This document shows positions 41,950-55,855 of a DNA stretch of 64,000 nucleotides, in pieces; positions within the stretch are counted from its first letter, which is position 1; every line of letters begins with the position of its first letter. The translations under genes and the position numbers were made by a program. Below the pieces are notes generated by a model. That model was given only the letters and a program-made list of their open reading frames with translations. It searched no databases and was not told the DNA's origin. Source of the stretch: the human T2T-CHM13v2.0 reference genome, Homo sapiens. The stretch is from NCBI RefSeq assembly GCF_009914755.1, contig NC_060934.1. One strand, given 5' to 3'.

Positions 41950-43190
41950 CTCTGTCCAATGGCCCATCTTTCTTATTACTCATCCACTCTTAACTGCTTG
42001 CAATGTATAACCGTAACCCTGCTCTAAAACTACTGACCTAACAGGCAGCAGGGAATTCCTTTTATTCAGTTCACTAGCTCTTTCAAAATTCTAATCTGCT
42101 TTGACTTTTCAGTACCATTTAACTCTCTGGAATAATTTCTTTGTTTTTGAAATCCTCTATACTGTGGCATGTCAATTTATACCTTTGTGAGAGCTTCTTG
42201 GTCTCCTCTGTCTACTCCCTCTGTTCCCAGTCCCTGTGTGTAAATTCTGCCCTCTCCATTCCCACTGTGACTCCTCAGTTTTAGGCTGTCATCATTTCTC
42301 ACCAAGATGTTGAACTGGCTCCTCCGTGAGAGAGCAGAGTGGAGAGGTGAAGCAAGTGTCTGCCTGCCTTCCTGGTCCATGACCTCTCCCTGCCCTTCCA
42401 TGCTGGGTGACCATCTGCATGTAAAGTTGGTTTTAGCTTTCTTATTGGTGAAGTGGGGATAATAATAGTATCTATTTTTTGGATGAATGGGAGGGGTCAA
42501 TATGTTACTACGTGCAAAAATGCTTAAAATAATTCCTGGCCCTTGGTAAGTGCAACATAAGTGCTGCCATTACTGTCTTTGTTTTAATATTAGTTATGAT
42601 CATTATCATTTTAAGTGGTCTCCCTGCTGTTGGATCACTTGCTTCCAGTACATTCTGTACACAGCAGTCAAATTATTGTAAAACAAAGCTTAGTTTATGT
42701 TACTAAGCTGTTTCATATTCATATTTGCATTCTATATTGCCTAACAATTTTAATCAGGCCCTCAATAGTCCTGGTTTGTGTTTCCTGGCTTGTCTGCAAG
42801 TCTCAGTATAATAGTCAGTACTGATGTCTCCCTTCCCCACCGTGCTTTCCTTACTTTCTAGAATTGTGCTTTCCTTCCACCTCCATTAAAATCCTACCTG
42901 CCATTCACAAGACCCAGAACAAATGCTACCAGACCCTTGATGCCTTTTGTAATCCTCTATGATCAAGCATAAGTCTGTCCTCTCTGAAACTATTAAGTAA
43001 AGGTCTTTATTTTAGGTTTCTTTTTGGCCCCATATCTCTGTATTTGGTATTTTATTTATTTATGTACATGTTGTTATCTTTTTTCCTAGATTATAAACTC
43101 CTTGGGGAAGAGCCTTTATATGGCCTTCCAGCTCCCTGCACAGGACATTACATCCAGTAGACAGATGTTCAATGAAGGGCTATTGAATTC
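41950..43190 (+). mobile_element. Fragmented L2 with MIR insertion (~42390-42580)
   Basis: L2-like pyrimidine-rich body and terminus ctagattataaactccttgggg...agtagacagatgttcaatgaa; MIR core ggggataataatagtatcta. Confidence 0.55.
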
Positions 43191-44231
43191 ATGTGGATTT
43201 CCATGTGAGAATAGAGCTGGATATTCACTTCCCTTTTTGCTGTGCTTGCTAAGCAGACTCATTTGCACCGGCCACTACCCCAGTTGGTCACCAGGAATAG
43301 AGGGTACTTATGGAGATTCTTTTCCCACCCCCCACCATCTTTTAGGATTTAGATGTTGTTTATACACTGAAAAGTTCAGCTTTTGGCTCATAGTAGCAGA
43401 TACTGTTGGATATTTGTTGAATGAAAAAGAAAATAAATAGTAAACATTTGCTGAGTGAGAAAGAAAAAATAAATAATGAATAACCACACCCTGACCCACT
43501 TGTCTGCCAGAAGTGGGAAAAAGTTGTAAATAAGCATTTTCTGGAGGAAAAACACACAACCCACACTTGCTTCTGAATGGTGTGGGAAACATAGATTGAG
43601 TCTAAAATTGAGAGGCATGCTTATGTTTACTAAGCACATGGAGAAGCATTATCAGAACACTACTGGCTTTTGCAATACATTCTTTCGTCTTTTCAAAAGT
43701 AACTTTTTCTATCACATTTGGCTTAGGTTAAGATTCAAATCAATTTACCCTTCACTTGATTCGTTTTTGTCAGTGTGGTAACCTTATCAGCAATGCAGTT
43801 TGCACCCAAAAAGATTTGCTGCAGAAATGAATGAGGCCCTCTAAGCCCAATGTGAATATAAACTCCACAGCGATGGTAGAAATGGTCTCAGGTGACCCGT
43901 CAGAATAAGAAGTACTTCCTCTCCAGAGGTCCTGGCTTGTTATCCCCCAGAGCCACACAGTGAATGAAGCTAAACTCCTGTTCTTGAGGTGGAATTATCT
44001 CATAACATTTGACACTTTAGTAGTTTATAAAGATAACCCAGGAAATAAAATTTCAGGAGTTGAAACAAGTATTCACTGAAGACAGGACAACTAAAATATG
44101 CCACAAAAATTGAGGATCAATATATCAATATGGAAGGTTTTTAAAAATTTTTATTTGTTTAACTTTTATTTTTGTGCTTGGCTTTTCTTGGGATGTATTT
44201 AGGTATGAAGACAGTAGAAATAAGATGTATA

Positions 44232-44489
44232 CACTTTGGGAGGCTGAGGCAGGTGGATCGCCTGAGGTCAGGAGTTGGAGACCAGCCTGGCCAACATAGT
44301 GAAACCCCATCTCTACTAAAAATACAAAAAATTATCTGGGCATGGTGGCAGGCACCTGTAATTCCAGCTACTTGGGAGGCTGAGGCAGGAGAATCACTTG
44401 AACACCTGGGAGGCGGAGATTGCAATTAGCCAAGATGGAGCCATTGCACTCCAGCTTGGGCAACAAGAGCGAAACTCCGTCTCAAAAAA
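44232..44489 (+). mobile_element. 5'-truncated AluS (Sq/Sp-like)
   Basis: Begins at cactttgggaggctgagg; ends gcaacaagagcgaaactccgtctcaaaaaa. Confidence 0.92.
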
Positions 44490-44791
44490 CAGAATGACTT
44501 CTGCTGAGATATCAAGACCACGTTGGTCTTGACCCCTGCTTCCAGGAAGCCTTGCTTGACTGTCTAGGGCTGAATTTTATACCATTTTAAAAGACCCTGC
44601 TAATTCCTGTCCTTACATACATCACATAGCAGTGATCATTTAATTGTCCAGACTCCCCATCTACGTCACAAGCCACCTGAAGGCAGATCACAACTACATA
44701 GCTCCTTGCCTGGTGCCTGGCTCTAGTCTATATTTACCGGATGCTGTATTAAAAGAGGTAAAACCAAGGCATGAGTCTGCTGTTGCAGCTC

Positions 44792-45120
44792 AGAGGCCTC
44801 AATCAGACAGATGCCAAGCTGCATTTGATCGGCAGTCTTGTATATTTGACTGACAACGTTCTGGCTTGCAAGTATTTAATAACAACAGAAAGTGAATTAG
44901 TCACCAATACATAAAAATTGAGAGACTTTACACAAATCTGAATTCCTGGGCTCTCTTGAAATACCTGAAAATCTGACGACGTTGGACGTACATTGCTACA
45001 AAAACCTGGAGAAGAATGTCATGGCTATGAATAGTGAAAGTATTCTCCACTCTATCCTATTCCCCCTGGCACTTAAAGCTTCCTTAGTTCTCACCTCTAA
45101 CAACCCACTGGGCCTATAGG
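44792..45120. mobile_element. MER102-like hAT element
   Basis: aaaaattgagagactttacacaaatctgaattcctgggctctcttgaaatacctgaaaatctgacgacgttgg resembles the recalled MER102 core. Confidence 0.5.
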
Positions 45121-46179
45121 AACTTGGAGCTGTTCCTTCTCTTCCTGGGTGTCTCATTAGAGGGATGACCCCAAGCTTCTCCTCCCCCTCTTCCCTCTGA
45201 CTCTTCCTCTTGTTAAAAGAGCATGGATCTTGCTTCCTAAGAAGGATCTTATCCTCTAAAGCCATTGTCCTGCTGAGCGACAGGAAGCTCCTCATCTACA
45301 GTGGCCCTGCAGGTACCGAGAAGGCTTTTCATGCAGCTCTGACTCCACATGGGAGTGATCACAATCAGGATTCCCTCACAGACTGCCTGGCTTCAGTGCT
45401 GCACTCTCCTGCCTTGAGTCTTGAACTGCTTCGTGATCCTGACCACAGTCTTGTCACCTGCTTGGCCTGAGAAGCATGAAGGTGGTAGATCCTGGTGCCG
45501 CTCCTGACCACCCAGCAGATAACACTTTGATTTTTTTTCTAAGTAGAAATTGATCAGTGTGGGATTTCGAGATTTTCAAAGGTGCCTTTGTTTAAATCGA
45601 GAATTGGGCAAGGTAGGGATCTTCGTTAAAAAGCACCATGTGGTCACCGGGGTTAATGAGGCAGATCAGAGCAGCACTGACACTAAATAAAGGCCAATTA
45701 ACTCCAATCACTGCAGGCCTGGGTGCTTTCTGGCAGTGCAATCTCCCTGTGGGGGGCTTCTTGTCCTGACAACTCTCTGGCAGAGGTAAGGAGGACTGGC
45801 TCCAAAAGAAGGCCCCTGAGCAATGGTGTGGGGTGAGGGGCATTGCCCCTCCCCACCACACTGCCCATCAGGGGCTTATGGCTTTTCTTGGAAGGCATCG
45901 CCCCCACCCAGCCTGCCCTGCATGGTGCTGTGGACAGAGAAGCAAGACTCAGAGACTGAGGCCTTCTGTGGGCTCCCAACCAGCTCAGGGGCCAAGCACA
46001 GAGATTCAGATTCTCAAGACCCCTTTTCTCTATCCATTTAATTAATTGCCTTGAAGAGAGGATCACAGAGTTCTTGCTGAAAAATTATTTAAGTCCATGA
46101 ATGAAGACAAATGATTTCAACACAAACATTGCTCAATTGGGTACAAAAAATTTTTTTCCCTTGTGTTTGCTTTAGTGAT

Positions 46180-46520
46180 AAAAATAGCCAGTGCTGATGA
46201 TATAAATTTCACCTCGTGCCAAGTGCTGATCTGAAACCTTTACCTACATTGGCTCAGCTGGTCTTCACAAATTTTCTATGATATGGATACTATTATTAAT
46301 CCCATTTATACATGGGAAAACAGAGGCATTGGAAAAGTTCAGTTCTATGCTAGGTACTTTCCATGCCTACTTCTATGTGATTCTCATAAAAACCTCTGTG
46401 TGGTGAGTATTTTTAGCACTATATTACAAATGAGGACACTGAGATTCAGAAAACTTGTGTGACATATCTGGTACAGTATTGCTCCTAATGATACTAATAA
46501 AATGAGGATTTGGATTCACT
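46180..46520 (-). mobile_element. Two tandem antisense MIR fragments
   Basis: tactattattaatcccatttatacatgggaaaacagaggca and tattacaaatgaggacactgagattcaga. Confidence 0.65.
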
Positions 46521-46779
46521 TTTTTTTTCTATTTCCAAAGTATGGTGGTATAGAATAGCTAACTGCCTAGGCTGAAGGATTTAAAATTTTTCCTTAAGAT
46601 TTATCTGTGAGCCCTCAGTTTTTCTATTCAAGGTTTCTGGATTGGAGAGTATAATCAGTACCAAAAACTAATAATGATCTTAAAATAGTGGGTACAGAAT
46701 AATGCCTCTGGCTCCAGCTTGCTCCATTGAGTTTCACACCTGGCTGTATTACTTTCTTGCTTCTGACTTCTTTCAGCCA

Positions 46780-48170
46780 CTAAGCCGTGGATGTTCTCAG
46801 TCCTCAGTCATTAAAGACTAGAACATCGCCCAAAGCCACCTTCGCTACTGCAACTACAGTCATTAGCATAACAGACCTCAGCATCCACAGAATCACTTCA
46901 TCCAACACCCCGATCTCTCATTCCCTTTGCCTCCTCATCTCCAACCACCTTCTTCGCTTCGTCTAAGCCACACATTTCATCATCATACCTTGGAATTTCC
47001 CAATACCAACAACTATATCAGCTCTAATATTCCATGTTAAAATGCTCCATTTGTTTATCAAACACCCTCTGTTACTATCTGGTTAGTTCAAATACCTCCC
47101 ATATTCTCTGACCTCACGAAACTCCCAATTTCCCCCAACACTTAGCTCCCTGGGAGCACCACTTTTCTTTCACTCCTGCTTGGATGCCATGATTCCAGCA
47201 TTAGTTGCTCTCTTCCTACTTCAAACCCACAAGATGAACCTTCCTATCAACCTTCTCCACATTGACAACCAAGAAGTTGTAGACAATCACACAATGGGGG
47301 AGCTTGGCTGTATTGTTTATGACATACATTCAGGTCATCTCTAACTGAGCTGTCAGTCCTGCTCAACAGTCTCACTAATTTTTCTTTCGAGCTCACTCTC
47401 CCACCTTTTATGCTACCTTATAAATAGCTCTTCTCCAATCCTTCCGTTTCTTTTCATTCTCACTTCAAACACACCAGACTCAGCCACCATCACCTTACTC
47501 AAAAGCACAAATATTTTTCTAATCAGTCTTCAATTCAGTCTTGCCACTTTGCCTATTCATTCACCACACATAAGTCAAAATAATGTGTTTAGATCCTACA
47601 TTTTATCATTTGATTCCCCTGCTTTAAAACTTTAGTGTCATTCCATAGCTAATAAGATAAAATAAAAATTCTTACCTCGGTTATCCTACAAGTATTGGTT
47701 CATCTGGCTGTGCCTAAACCTCACCATTCTTGCATACAATAATCCACCCCTTTACATTCTACCTTCATGATCTTATTTTAGTTTCTTGAACATGCCAAGC
47801 TTCTTTCCAATTCAATGTATTTTGCATTTGTTACTTATATACTTGTCTGTCTCTGAAAAACAGCTCCCGTTCATTACCCAGCTTTCACTATTTCAAGATC
47901 TCAACTTAAATATCACATTCACAGTTTTTCACGAAGCCCCCTCTACCCCTGTCTGTTGTGAGTCACTGCTCCTGTCATTCACTCTTCCAGTGCTGGGTGC
48001 TTTTCCTTTAAAGGACCAACCATTTTTAGAATATTTACATATGTACTTATATTTTTAAATTCTATCTTGGAAATCAGATTGTAAGATTAAGAATGGAAGG
48101 TTCCAGATATGCTCACTTACTATTATAAGCCAGGATCTAGTACAGTGAAACTTGAGAAACATCTTATAAA
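46780..48170 (+). mobile_element. L2 LINE remnant
   Basis: Pyrimidine-rich L2 body (ttcccctgctttaaaac, tttcttgaacatgccaagc, tctcaacttaaatatcac) and terminus agattgtaagatt. Confidence 0.65.
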
Positions 48171-49378
48171 CATTTAATTCACTTTAACGTAAACTAGATT
48201 TGATACCTTGGACTTGGTGTTAACCTCCCAGAACCTAATTTCCTGAGTGGCACAACAGGGGCACAATACTCCTGAGAACTATGATCAGGTTGCAGTGTAA
48301 TAATGGGTGGAATCCACACTTTGGCAATTCTACAGTGCTTTGCCAACTACAAAGCTGATGACCTCAGTGACAGTGAGCACACCCAGTGCCCAGAGCTTGG
48401 TTTGTAATACCATTCATCAATTAAAACAACTTGGTTTCCTTGGAGAGATGGATGATTCTAGGGTTAAAGCAAGAAATATATATTTACCTATATGAACCTG
48501 GAGCATCTTATACTGCCAGAAAGCAAGGAAGTGCTAAAAACAAAACAAATACACACACACACACACACACAAAACAAAAACAAAAAACTCACACTGATTG
48601 TTAGATATCAAAGGGACACAGGAGCCAACAAAAGTATTTCAAATGGCCAAAGCTGAAAAAATTTGAGCAACAAAATAAATAAAGTAGTTTTGTATTATAA
48701 CTGAAAGTATAAGACAAATGTTGATGAGACCATGCAGATATAAATAAATAATTGAATAAATACAAAAATGAGAAAAAGAGACCAATATGCCATGCAGAAG
48801 AATTTACGATAATTTATGTAGATATTCAGTCCTTGAGGTGTTGGCTGTACATAGTGACCTTGTTTCTCCTTCCTGAAGAGTACACAGGGAAAGAAGGAAC
48901 AAGGAATAACTAAATGGTAGGAAAATCTGACAAACACTACCCCAGCCCGGTAATCAAGGTCAATACTCACAATCATAAGTGATGCTGATATTATGTACCT
49001 TTGATAGGACATGATGAAAATGGCACTTTACATCTGTAGTCTTCCTTCCTGGAACCCATAAACCCAATCTAATTGTGAGAAAAACACCAGACAAATTCGA
49101 ATCATGGGCCATCCTATAAAATACCTGAACCAGAACTCTTTAAAACCATCAAGGTCATCACAGACAAGCAAAATCTGAGAAATTGACACAGCCAAGGGGA
49201 GGCTAAGGAAACATGACAATGGAATAAAATGTGGTCTGCTGGAGGGGATCCTGGAACAGAAAAGGACATGGGGTAAAAATGAAGGAAGTCTGAATAGACT
49301 GTGGACTTTAGTTGATAACTTCCTATCAATATTCTTTCATTCACAGTGGGAAATACACCATATTAACGTAGGAGGTAA

Positions 49379-50117
<739 letters not shown>

Positions 50118-51271
50118 TAAATCTGAAACTTTTCTAAACATGAAATCTACTTTAAAAATACTGTGCATCATCATCATCATCCACTTGCTGTGGTCTAAAA
50201 ATACTCAGATGTATCTACCTTCTTTCCCCCAAATCGATGCCTTTGTTGTTGCTTTCAATGTACGTTATTTTGAATGCTTTGTATACTGTAGAGTGCTCCA
50301 CAAAGTCAGGAAGCTCTTTTTCTTGTATGGCTCACTGCCCTCTTCAGGTGTCACGCTGGATGTTCTCAAGTTATCTCTGGTCTTGTCAGGCTTTACTCCT
50401 CCTTCCTGTCCTGAGGCACAGGCTTGCACTCCCTCTTTCTCTACCTCTGTGTTTGCTCACACTCTTGCTCTCTATCCTGCTGCTCTACCTTCTCTTTCTG
50501 TTCTTGTGGGATAACTATGGGAATAAAATTCAGATTTATTTTCCTAATTCTCTTCTGAAAATTTTGAACTGGGGAATATTGATGTCTTCTATTTCTATCT
50601 TCTAACTTTACAAAATAAGGATATTCTCCAGATTCACAAGGAATGTGTATGAGCACTAAGAGAATGCATTTGGAACCCTTTAGGCAATGGAAGAGGAAGG
50701 ACCAGAAATTCAGCAAAATCAATAGCTGAGTTCTTACAGAGAAAGAGAGGCAGGGAACATTATGTCTCTATCTATGATGAGAGGCATGTTTTTCTACTCT
50801 CTAGGAAATGACTTCCTGCAAATGATGGCCAGATAAATCAGAGGTCATGGTCCGTGGAATTGCTATTTTTCTCAGTTGACAATGTGTAGACGACAGGGTT
50901 TATAACCAGTACTACTTCTCATGCCATTTGCTCTGATTTTATAACAGCGACTTCAGCTCCAATTGTGGACCTGATTGCAAGATAGTCTTAAATTCTCAAA
51001 AGGAGCTAGAACCCTGGAATGTATGTAAATTTTTTAAATTTATTTTTAAAACCTGAATGCCAAAAAGTATTTGAATGAAAGAGTCAATCAGTCCAAAAAC
51101 AATTGCGTACCTCTCTGGAAGGTCTAGTGAAAGGGAAAGAGAAGAGAGAAGGAAGAAAGGAGAATGGGGAAAAAAAACTTTTCTTCCTTTTACATATCCA
51201 GCTGTAATGAGTTCAGAATGCAATATTGTGCCAGTGGGTTACAGTGTGTTTCATAAAAGGCCTTCAATTCA

Positions 51272-51676
<405 letters not shown>

Positions 51677-53541
51677 AAATTCTGATTTTTCCTATGATGT
51701 CTATCTAACAAAATAAAATCACCATATTTTCTTGCACTTTGCCCTGAAAAGCATAGTATTAATATGGAATGAATTGGAGTTAGGTAAATCTAAGTTTAAA
51801 TTCTACCCCTATTACCTGCTAACTACAGGGCCTTACATGAGTGGATAACTCTCTCCTCCTTGGTGTCTGCATCTTGCATAAGTCTCTGGCTAAACTCATC
51901 AATTACCAGATACTCCCCATTTATTTCCCAGATAGTGCCTAACACACATCCTTTAACAGAGAGCAAGGTTTTGTAGTCATCTCTCTTTGTAACCGCTTTG
52001 TTATTTAATAGTTGTCCAGATGCAGCAGTGCTGTAGGTGCTGTACGAGAATAAAATGCATCAGTTAAAAATTATTCCAACCTAGTTTATTGACATTCTCA
52101 ATTATATTGGTCATGAATGGAACGTTCCTAGGGAATAGATGGTGATAATAGTTGTGCTCAATTATGGCCTTATCATTTTTAGGTGTCCTCTGTTTTCTAT
52201 GACTCATAATTAGGACTCAACATTTTTATATTTGATCATTTTATTTTTCTTATTAGAGTCCATTATTCTCCTGTGAAGTTTTGCCAGAGATATGGCATAC
52301 AAATTGGATTTGTGTATGCTGTATACTAAGTAGACATTTGAGGAATGAAAAATATGAATTCACAAATTAGGCAGGCATCCTTGTTGTATCTATCATATGG
52401 ATTTTCATGACACAGACTAAATAACAATCATTGCACAAAGGCCGTAGTGCAGCAGGGCAAATGGTGGAGTTACTTGTTTGATATTAATTCAGTGCTTTGC
52501 CCAATAATGCAAAATTGTCCTAATGTTACATTTGAGGAAAAAGACACATCGAGTGCCAGCATTCAAACAGGCAGTGTGTTAAGGATATGTTTATAGGTTG
52601 CCTTATCAAACAGTTACAACAAACCAAGAGAGGAGTTGTCTGTCCTTCAAAGTTTAGATGAGGAATGTGAAGGTTGGAGGTGTGAAATGCCAGTCTTATG
52701 GCCACATAGCTCCCTTGTGATAGATCCAGGATTTAATGCTGGGTATATTTCACATCAACCATAACATAGGTCTTCCACTTTGAGAAAGATACGTATTTAA
52801 TTTTACTTGGAACTCGGGAAATTAGAAACAAAAGCAGCTGTGGATTGAAAGATAGGAATTGTGCAGATTGGGCCTGAAACTGATATCCCCAGGAAACTAA
52901 TTGTGAAATGGAAGATGAAAGTTGGGTGCTGGGTGTGACAGTCTCTGGGATTATTCCAGAGCTCAGACCTATTCTGTGGCCTTATGGAATTAATGCAACC
53001 CCATATGAAAGGGAGCTTTTCAGTCACCATGGGTTAATTTCAGACAAATAAAACATCTGCCATTGATCGAAAATCTGAATGTTCAATTTTACAGAAGTTG
53101 TTATCTTTTTCACTTCAGTTCACTTTCCATTTAAAACTGAAAATCAATCCTTCTCAGGGCCTTTGTGTGTTTTTGGAGATGCACACTACAATTTCCTGCC
53201 AAAATACTTGTCAAATGTTAGCATACATTTGACAAGTAGTCCTTGGGCCAGAGTCATTAAGATAAAAAATCCTGGTTTACTCAATCTAGGAAGACCCAGC
53301 GCACCTGACACCAAGTCTGTGCAGAGTAACCTTGAATTCAGGATGTTTATGAAAATTCCAGCACCTACACTCCTCTTTATTAATTATAAATTAGATGGCA
53401 CACCGTAGTAATCATCTTGTTAAACACAGCCATAGGCAAACTTAGAAAAAGAAATATTAAGTAAAAAGTAGTATAATAAAATGGCAGCAGAACAACTAGG
53501 ATGGAGTTTGCAAACACTGACCACTCCGTAACAATGAATTA

Positions 53542-53885
53542 GGCTGGGTGTGGTGGCTCATGCCTGTAATCCCAGAGCTTTGAAAGGCAGAGGTGGAAGG
53601 ATTGCATCAGCCCCGGAGTTTGAGACCAGCCTGAGCTACATAGTGAGACCTTATGTCTACAAGAATTGTTTAAAAATATTATCCAGGCATGGTGCTGCAC
53701 ACCTATAGTCCCAACTACTCAGGAGGCTGAGCGGGGAGGATCACTTGAGGACAGGAGTTTGAAGTTACCATGAGATATAATTACACCTTTGCACTCCAAC
53801 CTGGGTGACAGGGCAAGACCTTGTCTCTATTAAAAAAACAAAACAAAACTGATAAACAAATAAATAAATAGATAAAAATAAATAA
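53542..53885 (+). mobile_element. AluJ with long A-rich/(AAAT)n tail
   Basis: ggctgggtgtggtggctcatgcctgtaatccca...ggaggatcacttgag...ggagtttgaagtta...ctgggtgacagggcaagacc. Confidence 0.9.
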
Positions 53886-54975
53886 ATGTTATTCAGGCTG
53901 CAGCCAAGTATTTCCTGTTGCTACAATGCCATACTTTCTATTCCCTGTCCCACAAAATACGCATTCATTTCTAAGGCTGAAAAGTTGCCTAGACAGGGTT
54001 GGTTCATAAATGGATTGCTCTTTCAGTCATAACAAAAAGCGATACATCTTCATAGTCAGGCTAAAGGGCTTAGTAATTCACCTTATCTGTGTATCTCCTA
54101 AAGAAATTAGCAAAATCACTGAGTTTGGCGTTTGTACTTGGTGCCCTGGCTTTGGTGGAACCTATAATAGTGGTACAAATAACACATGGGAGACGTTTAT
54201 AATGCCAAAGCAGCTAGAGTTGTAAGTGCAGCATTATAGGAGTAGAGTCATGTCTTTCTTGGAGCATCAGGAAGGGATTCTTAGAAGTGACATGTGCCCT
54301 GGATTAAGTAGAGGCCTGAGGCATCATATTCCTTCAACTTTCCAGGAAATCTCAATTATATCTGGAATTAGATGCTGGGAAATAACATGACAATGACAGG
54401 TTGGGTAAAGACAATGAATGGGTCACCAAGAGGTTTGCCATTTATCTTTTAAGCCATGGCATTTGCAGTGGGAATATGTCAGGATCAGATTTCTGGTTTG
54501 AGATCGCTAGAGAAGCAGAGTGAGAATGGACTGGAGTGGTAGTGACTGGTGACAGAGAGACCATTTTAGTCTTCTCCATTTCACTGAGTAAAATTAGGGA
54601 GATAGTAAATCTATTAAAAAGGTAGTCTAAGCTGAGCTGGGGAAACATGACCCCCCCATACAGGCAGGACACAATAAATGACTAATAAAACAGTATACAT
54701 TTAGGTGCTACATGATGTTGTACAGCCTTCATGTGGTAAAGGAGTTCTGTGAAGCAAGTGAGCAGAGAGGTCTGGAGTTGATAGGCTTGGAAATTTGTTT
54801 CCTCAAAATCTCATGTTGAAATGTAATCACCAATGCTGTGAGTGGGGCCTGGTGGGAGGTATTTGGATCATGGGGCAGGTTGCTCATGAATGGCTTAATA
54901 CCATCCCCTTGGTGATGAGTGAGTTCTCTCTCTTGCAGTTCACATGAGATCTAGTTGTTTAAAAGAGCTAGAGAC

Positions 54976-55855
54976 TGATATGGTTTGGCTGTGTCCCCAC
55001 CCAAAATCTCACCTTGAAATGCAAACCCCATAATCCTCATAATCCCCACATGTCAAGGGAGAAACCAGCTGGAGGTAATTGAATCATGGGGGTGGTTTCC
55101 TCCATGCTGTTCTCCTGAATTAGTTCTCATGAGATCTGATGGTTTTATAAGGGGCGCCACCCGCTTCACTCATTCACTCTCCTGTCTCCTGCCACCATAT
55201 GAAGAAGGTCAGTGCCTGCTTCCCCTTCTGCCATGATTGTAAGTTTCCTGAGGCCTCCCCAGCCATGTGGAACTGAGAGTCAATTAAACCTCTTTCCTTT
55301 ATAAATTACCCAGTGTTGGGTATTTCTTTATAGCAGTGTGAAAATGGACTAATTGCCGAGACCAGCTGGGTCGTGGAGACCTTAACCCAGCGGCGCTAGA
55401 GGAATTAAAGACACACACACAGAAATATAGAGTGTGGAGTGGGATCAGGGGACTGACAGCCTTCAGAGCTGAGAGCCCCAAAGAGAGATTTACCCACATA
55501 TTTATTGACAGCAAGCCAGTGATAAGCATTGATTCTATAGATTATAGATTAACTAAAAGTATTCCTTATGGGAAACAGGGATGGGCTGAAACAAAGGGAT
55601 GGGCTCTGGCTAGTTATCTGCAGCGGGAACATGTCCTTAAGGCACAGATCACTCATGCTATTTTTTTGTGGTTTAGGAACGCCTTTAAGCAGTTTTCCGC
55701 CCTGGGTGGGCCAGGTGTTCCTTGCCCTCATTCCAGTAAATCCACAACCTTCAGCGTGGGCATCATGGCCATCACGAACATGTCACGGTGCTGCTGAGAT
55801 TTTGTTTATGACCAGTTTTGGGGCCAGATTGGGGGCCTGTGCCTGACACTAAACA
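54976..55855 (+). mobile_element. THE1D-like LTR nested in MSTB
   Basis: tgatatggtttggctgtgtccccacccaaa...aatggactaat; terminal aca displaced to 55853-55855; perfect TSD gagac/gagac. Confidence 0.9.
55354..55848 (-). mobile_element. MER9 solo LTR (ERVK, HML-3) nested in THE1
   Basis: tgccgagaccagct...aacccagcggcgctagaggaattaaagacacacacacagaaatatagag...ccagttttggggccagattgggggcctgtgcctgaca; TSD ctaat/ctaa-. Confidence 0.88.

Noticed and set aside
55627-55636. p53 response element in MER9 (GAACATGTCC)
   Set aside because: Perfect half-site but no adjacent second half-site; the next similar one is ~150 bp away.
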